From Oopsacas minuta (taxonomy: Eukaryota > Animalia > Porifera), in contig JAKMXF010000333.1 in the NCBI GenBank assembly GCA_024704765.1, positions 62,001 through 126,000 of the forward strand: a stretch of 64,000 bases of DNA. The letters run 5' to 3'. The number at the start of each line of letters is the position of its first letter. The first letter of the stretch is position 1. Positions 60,701 through 64,000 of the stretch are shown here, one piece after another. The position numbers and the translations under genes are program-made. The notes under the pieces were generated by a model. That model was given only the letters and a program-made list of their open reading frames with translations, ran no database searches and was not told the DNA's origin.

Positions 60701-61680
60701 TTAAATCCCTGATATCCTTCTAATTAGATATTTTCTAGATACAGTTTGCTCATTAAATAGATAACGAACTAATTACATATTCAATTCCAAATTCCACAAA
60801 GCTCAAATGAGATGGAACACTTCTGATAGCATATTTGAATTATACTAGTATGTATTACCCCTGCATGAATATTTCGAACTCTTTAGAGCATAACTCATTG
60901 ACTTATTAGCACTTTAACATTTGTGCCACATGTGGCAGAAGTGGCACATCACTAAAATATTGGCACCAGAATGGATATAGTATGAAAATCATTTGAGATT
61001 CACTAAACTCACTTGTAAATATTTGTATAGTTGGAAATATGTCTCAATAAATCTCCCTTGGTATTATGTCTCAATAGCCTCCTGAAAAATTAATTAAGGC
61101 AATATTCACGGAAACACGACAGCTCTTATAATTTCATTTGTGACAATCAGCAACAGCGAGGCGTGTATGAAATGTTCAATAATGAAGACTACTTCTTCAT
61201 TATTGATGAACAACGCGTAGTAGACGAAACAATTCGACTTTCTTTTATTATGCAATTTATTAAGTTGAGCGAAATCCATTTCGTCAGTTATTCGTCGCAT
61301 GGAAATTTGTCGCCGGAACATACGTCATTTATGTCATTTTGAGTGACTTTTGACTTGTTTGGAGTGGGTATTCACCCTAATTATTTCCTATACGCCTGCT
61401 CGCATGTTGTTTGTGCTGTAAGGAGAGACAGCTGCTTTTGCTGGCAACCTCTATATTACTATATATTCTTCAATTTCTGTAATAATTTTTTGCGTGGCTA
61501 CTTGCTAGCTAACCCACTTGCACTTTCTGTATCCCATCATTAACCAAAATAGGAAAAGTCATACCTACAAGTAAAGGCTTTGTCTATTGGTATTTCCCCT
61601 TAATTTGATACATCCTATATTTGGATGATTTTACTAAGCATCTTTCGGCGACAAATTTTCAGGAATTTCTTTTTAAATAT

Positions 61681-62160
61681 AACGAGACAACGGCTCGTGG
61701 CTTCGCGATGAACTCGGCGTATTGCGCCTCGAGGTATCCACCATTCTCCAAATTGACACCCCTTTGAGTATTTAAATATAGATATATACTTAAAACAATG
61801 TAATTCACAAATATACGTTTATGGCATATATGTTATTGAATTATTTTGTAAGATCAATCCCCTTTGTAGCTGTTCAGGCCCAGTATCTACGTATTTTTGA
61901 GATTTGGATAATTTGTTTACTTTATATTCATAAATACAACAATAAATTTATATATGATTAATCCAAAAGTGTGTGTGAATATCGGTTTCAGTATGTTCGA
62001 TATATTTAGTGAAGTTTTATTGAATTCTATTTACTTCCTTGATAAACACGATAAATACATAGTTATGCGACAATTTCAAAATTGCACATCGTAAATCTTT
62101 TCCTTGACAACGGACGAATAAACAGACAAACAGACAACAATTGAGACTTAATAATATAGG
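61681..62160 (+). mobile_element. Helitron/DINE-1-like dispersed repeat; copy 3
   Basis: gcttcgcgatgaactcggcgtattgcgcctcgaggtatcca start, shared core, ends acagacaaacagacaacaattgagacttaataatata; colinear with 13555-14039. Confidence 0.5.
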
Positions 62161-63039
62161 TTAACCCCTCCCATTAATGTGTTTTCAGGCGATTCCAAGC
62201 ATTGGCGCGGGTTTTAGGAAACAAAATTGTTTCTCTTTAGTAGCAGCAATTTCCCATGGTGAGCCTGAGGGCTCTCCATGGGAAATTGCTGCTACTTCTT
62301 GTCTAAATTTCGGTCCCCGCCTCAAAACTTGGGGATCCAAACCCCCAGGTACCCAAACTTAGCACCTATTATTCAATTTACTCATTCTGATGTGTATTCA
62401 CTTAAATTGACTTCGCTCAAATGGGATTCGCTCAAATGGGATTCGCTCAACTGAGTTTCACGAGTTATACAGGTTGTTCTGAGCACGCTCCTAGCTTTCC
62501 TCCTCTCAAAATTTCATACGCCTAAATGAGTAAATTAGCGTTATGGTATTGGGAGATATCTTCAACTTTTAAGCTCCTAAATATCTCTTGTATTCTTCTA
62601 GAAATTAATTAAAACCGCTAATCATCCATAATTCTTAATATATTAATACACGTTAGACAATTTCAAAGTTGTGAAAATGTATCCAGCATATACATCTAAA
62701 TGATTAATCATATATGTATATGTATACAGGCGCGCCACCATGAGGAGTGGCAAAGCGGGGGCAGTTAATTTTGAAGGGGGCAGTTTTTCATGCAATCATA
62801 TCTAAATACAGGTCCATAACCACCCAAACGCTGCTAAATTCTAGTTTGTGACGTTTGACTCGTGCTCAATCGGACTGCACAAAGTATTGTGTCGTCGGCC
62901 CTGATATAACCATATACATAATATCCAATTAAATGAAGAAACTTTCATTTTACATCACTTAATTCTTCATTGAATATCTCATGTACATAAAATTACATAT
63001 GAGAAACTTTGGTTCCTGAGTATAAATATGTGTTCATCG

Positions 63040-63475
63040 TGTTTATCAAGGATGTAAACAGAATTCTATATAACTTGATTAAATATATCCAACATGCTGA
63101 ATCCGATTTTCGTACTTTTGGATTAATCATATGTAAATTTATTGTTGTTTTTTAGAATATAAGTAAACAAATAGTTGAAATCTCAAAATATACGTAGAGA
63201 CGTGCTCTTAACAGCTGCAATGTGGTAACCAAGTTAGCTGAATCCGAATTCCGCTTTCTCAAGTTTCTCATGAGCAAGTTAATTGTCGTATTTATGAATA
63301 TTAAATAAACAAATAGTTGAAATCTCAAATTTACTTAGAGAATTGCTCTCAACAGAAATATAGGGGTAATCAAGTACGCTGAATCTGAATGTCGCATTTT
63401 CATGTTTCTCATATGCGAATTTTTGTTATTTTTGTGAATATAAAGTAAGCAAATAGTTGAAATATATATTTTTAT
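63040..63475. repeat. Cluster of partial copies of the same repeat core in reverse orientation
   Basis: aaacaaatagttgaaatctcaaa and gctgaatccga recur three times. Confidence 0.7.
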
Positions 63476-63585
63476 TTATTCATTTTGCAATGTTTATACT
63501 TTGCCAAATTCGAGGTACAAAGTGTTCGCAACCGCGGTCAGTTCTTTTACTATCCCAAAACTTATTAATACTTCTGAGCTGAACT

Positions 63586-64000
63586 ATGATATTTATAATG
63601 TTAATAGGGTGTCAAGCTGTTTCTCTAACCAGCAGCACATTGGACTTGAACATCGGATTCCTAACTCTAACCTTTGACGGTGATATTAATGATACCACGG
63701 CTGATTGTACCAAAATTAATATCCAACAGAGAAGTACTGGCGGAGTGGTTATTCCTTTAAGCAACTCGTTTGTAGCAAACAGTCTTTCTACGACTGAACT
63801 ACTTTGTGATCTTGATATAGACAAGATAACTCTGCTGAGGAATCCTAGCGTTGCAACTCGTATTAACAATACATTTATCAATGTTCTTGTTGGTGCTAAT
63901 ATCGAGGATACATTAGGCATACCTGTTCGTGTACCTATAATGTCTACTTTACCAATAAATGATACTACGAATCCATCTCTTGATCGTTTTCTGTTATTTG
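63586..64000 (+). CDS. Partial ORF of an extracellular repeat protein (LDLNxGxLxLxF module), running off the window
   Basis: Open frame not in the ORF track: MIFIMLIGCQAVSLTSSTLDLNIGFLTLTFDGDINDTTADCTKINIQ..NPSVATRINNTFI..DTTNPSLDRFLLF. It starts at ATG 63586 or at a splice acceptor at 63607. Confidence 0.7.
   Translation, partial: MIFIMLIGCQAVSLTSSTLDLNIGFLTLTFDGDINDTTADCTKINIQQRSTGGVVIPLSNSFVANSLSTTELLCDLDIDKITLLRNPSVATRINNTFINVLVGANIEDTLGIPVRVPIMSTLPINDTTNPSLDRFLLF

Noticed and set aside
62412-62450. 2.6 x 15-bp tandem repeat ttcgctcaaatggga
   Set aside because: Too short; typical MITE subterminal repeat with no evidence of function.
63612-63920. Minus-strand 102-aa ORF
   Set aside because: Shadow of the plus-strand open frame 63586-64000, which has protein-like motifs.
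1-64000. tRNA, rRNA or snRNA genes
   Set aside because: No cloverleaf with a T-loop GTTCRA in proper context and no rRNA- or snRNA-like conserved blocks recognised by eye. A tRNAscan-SE or Infernal run would be decisive.

Overview
AT-rich eukaryotic (metazoan) genomic DNA, not prokaryotic: no operons, rRNA, tRNA or CRISPR were found. Compact, mostly intronless housekeeping genes, coiled-coil/NHL paralogues and an LDLNxGxLxLxF-module protein suggest a sponge, possibly a glass sponge such as Oopsacas; this is inference only. Recognisable genes are a syntrophin, HTATSF1, ArfGAP1, an NAD-IDH beta/gamma subunit and NIFK, plus a LAMP-like protein, an orphan 7TM protein and a coiled-coil/NHL gene. 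The window is dense in DNA transposons: two decayed DD34D mariners, one intact DD37D (maT) element, an intron-containing Ginger/KRBA2-type integrase relic, hAT and Tc1-type MITEs, fold-back repeats and a Helitron/DINE-like family. Highlights: (1) a stand-alone 78-aa TatA/B-like ORF at 14060-14296 in clearly eukaryotic context, a candidate nuclear subunit of a mitochondrial twin-arginine translocase, a system thought to be absent from most animals; (2) a four-copy birth-and-death cluster of LRR-EGF-TM receptors without TIR, showing a precise 184-bp internal inversion and a probable gene-conversion tract; (3) a kinase-less discoidin-domain-receptor-like protein with an ITIM/ITSM/YxxM tail; (4) a prodomain-less caspase-fold protein lacking both catalytic residues. 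All protein assignments come from motif recognition by eye; no database searches were run.
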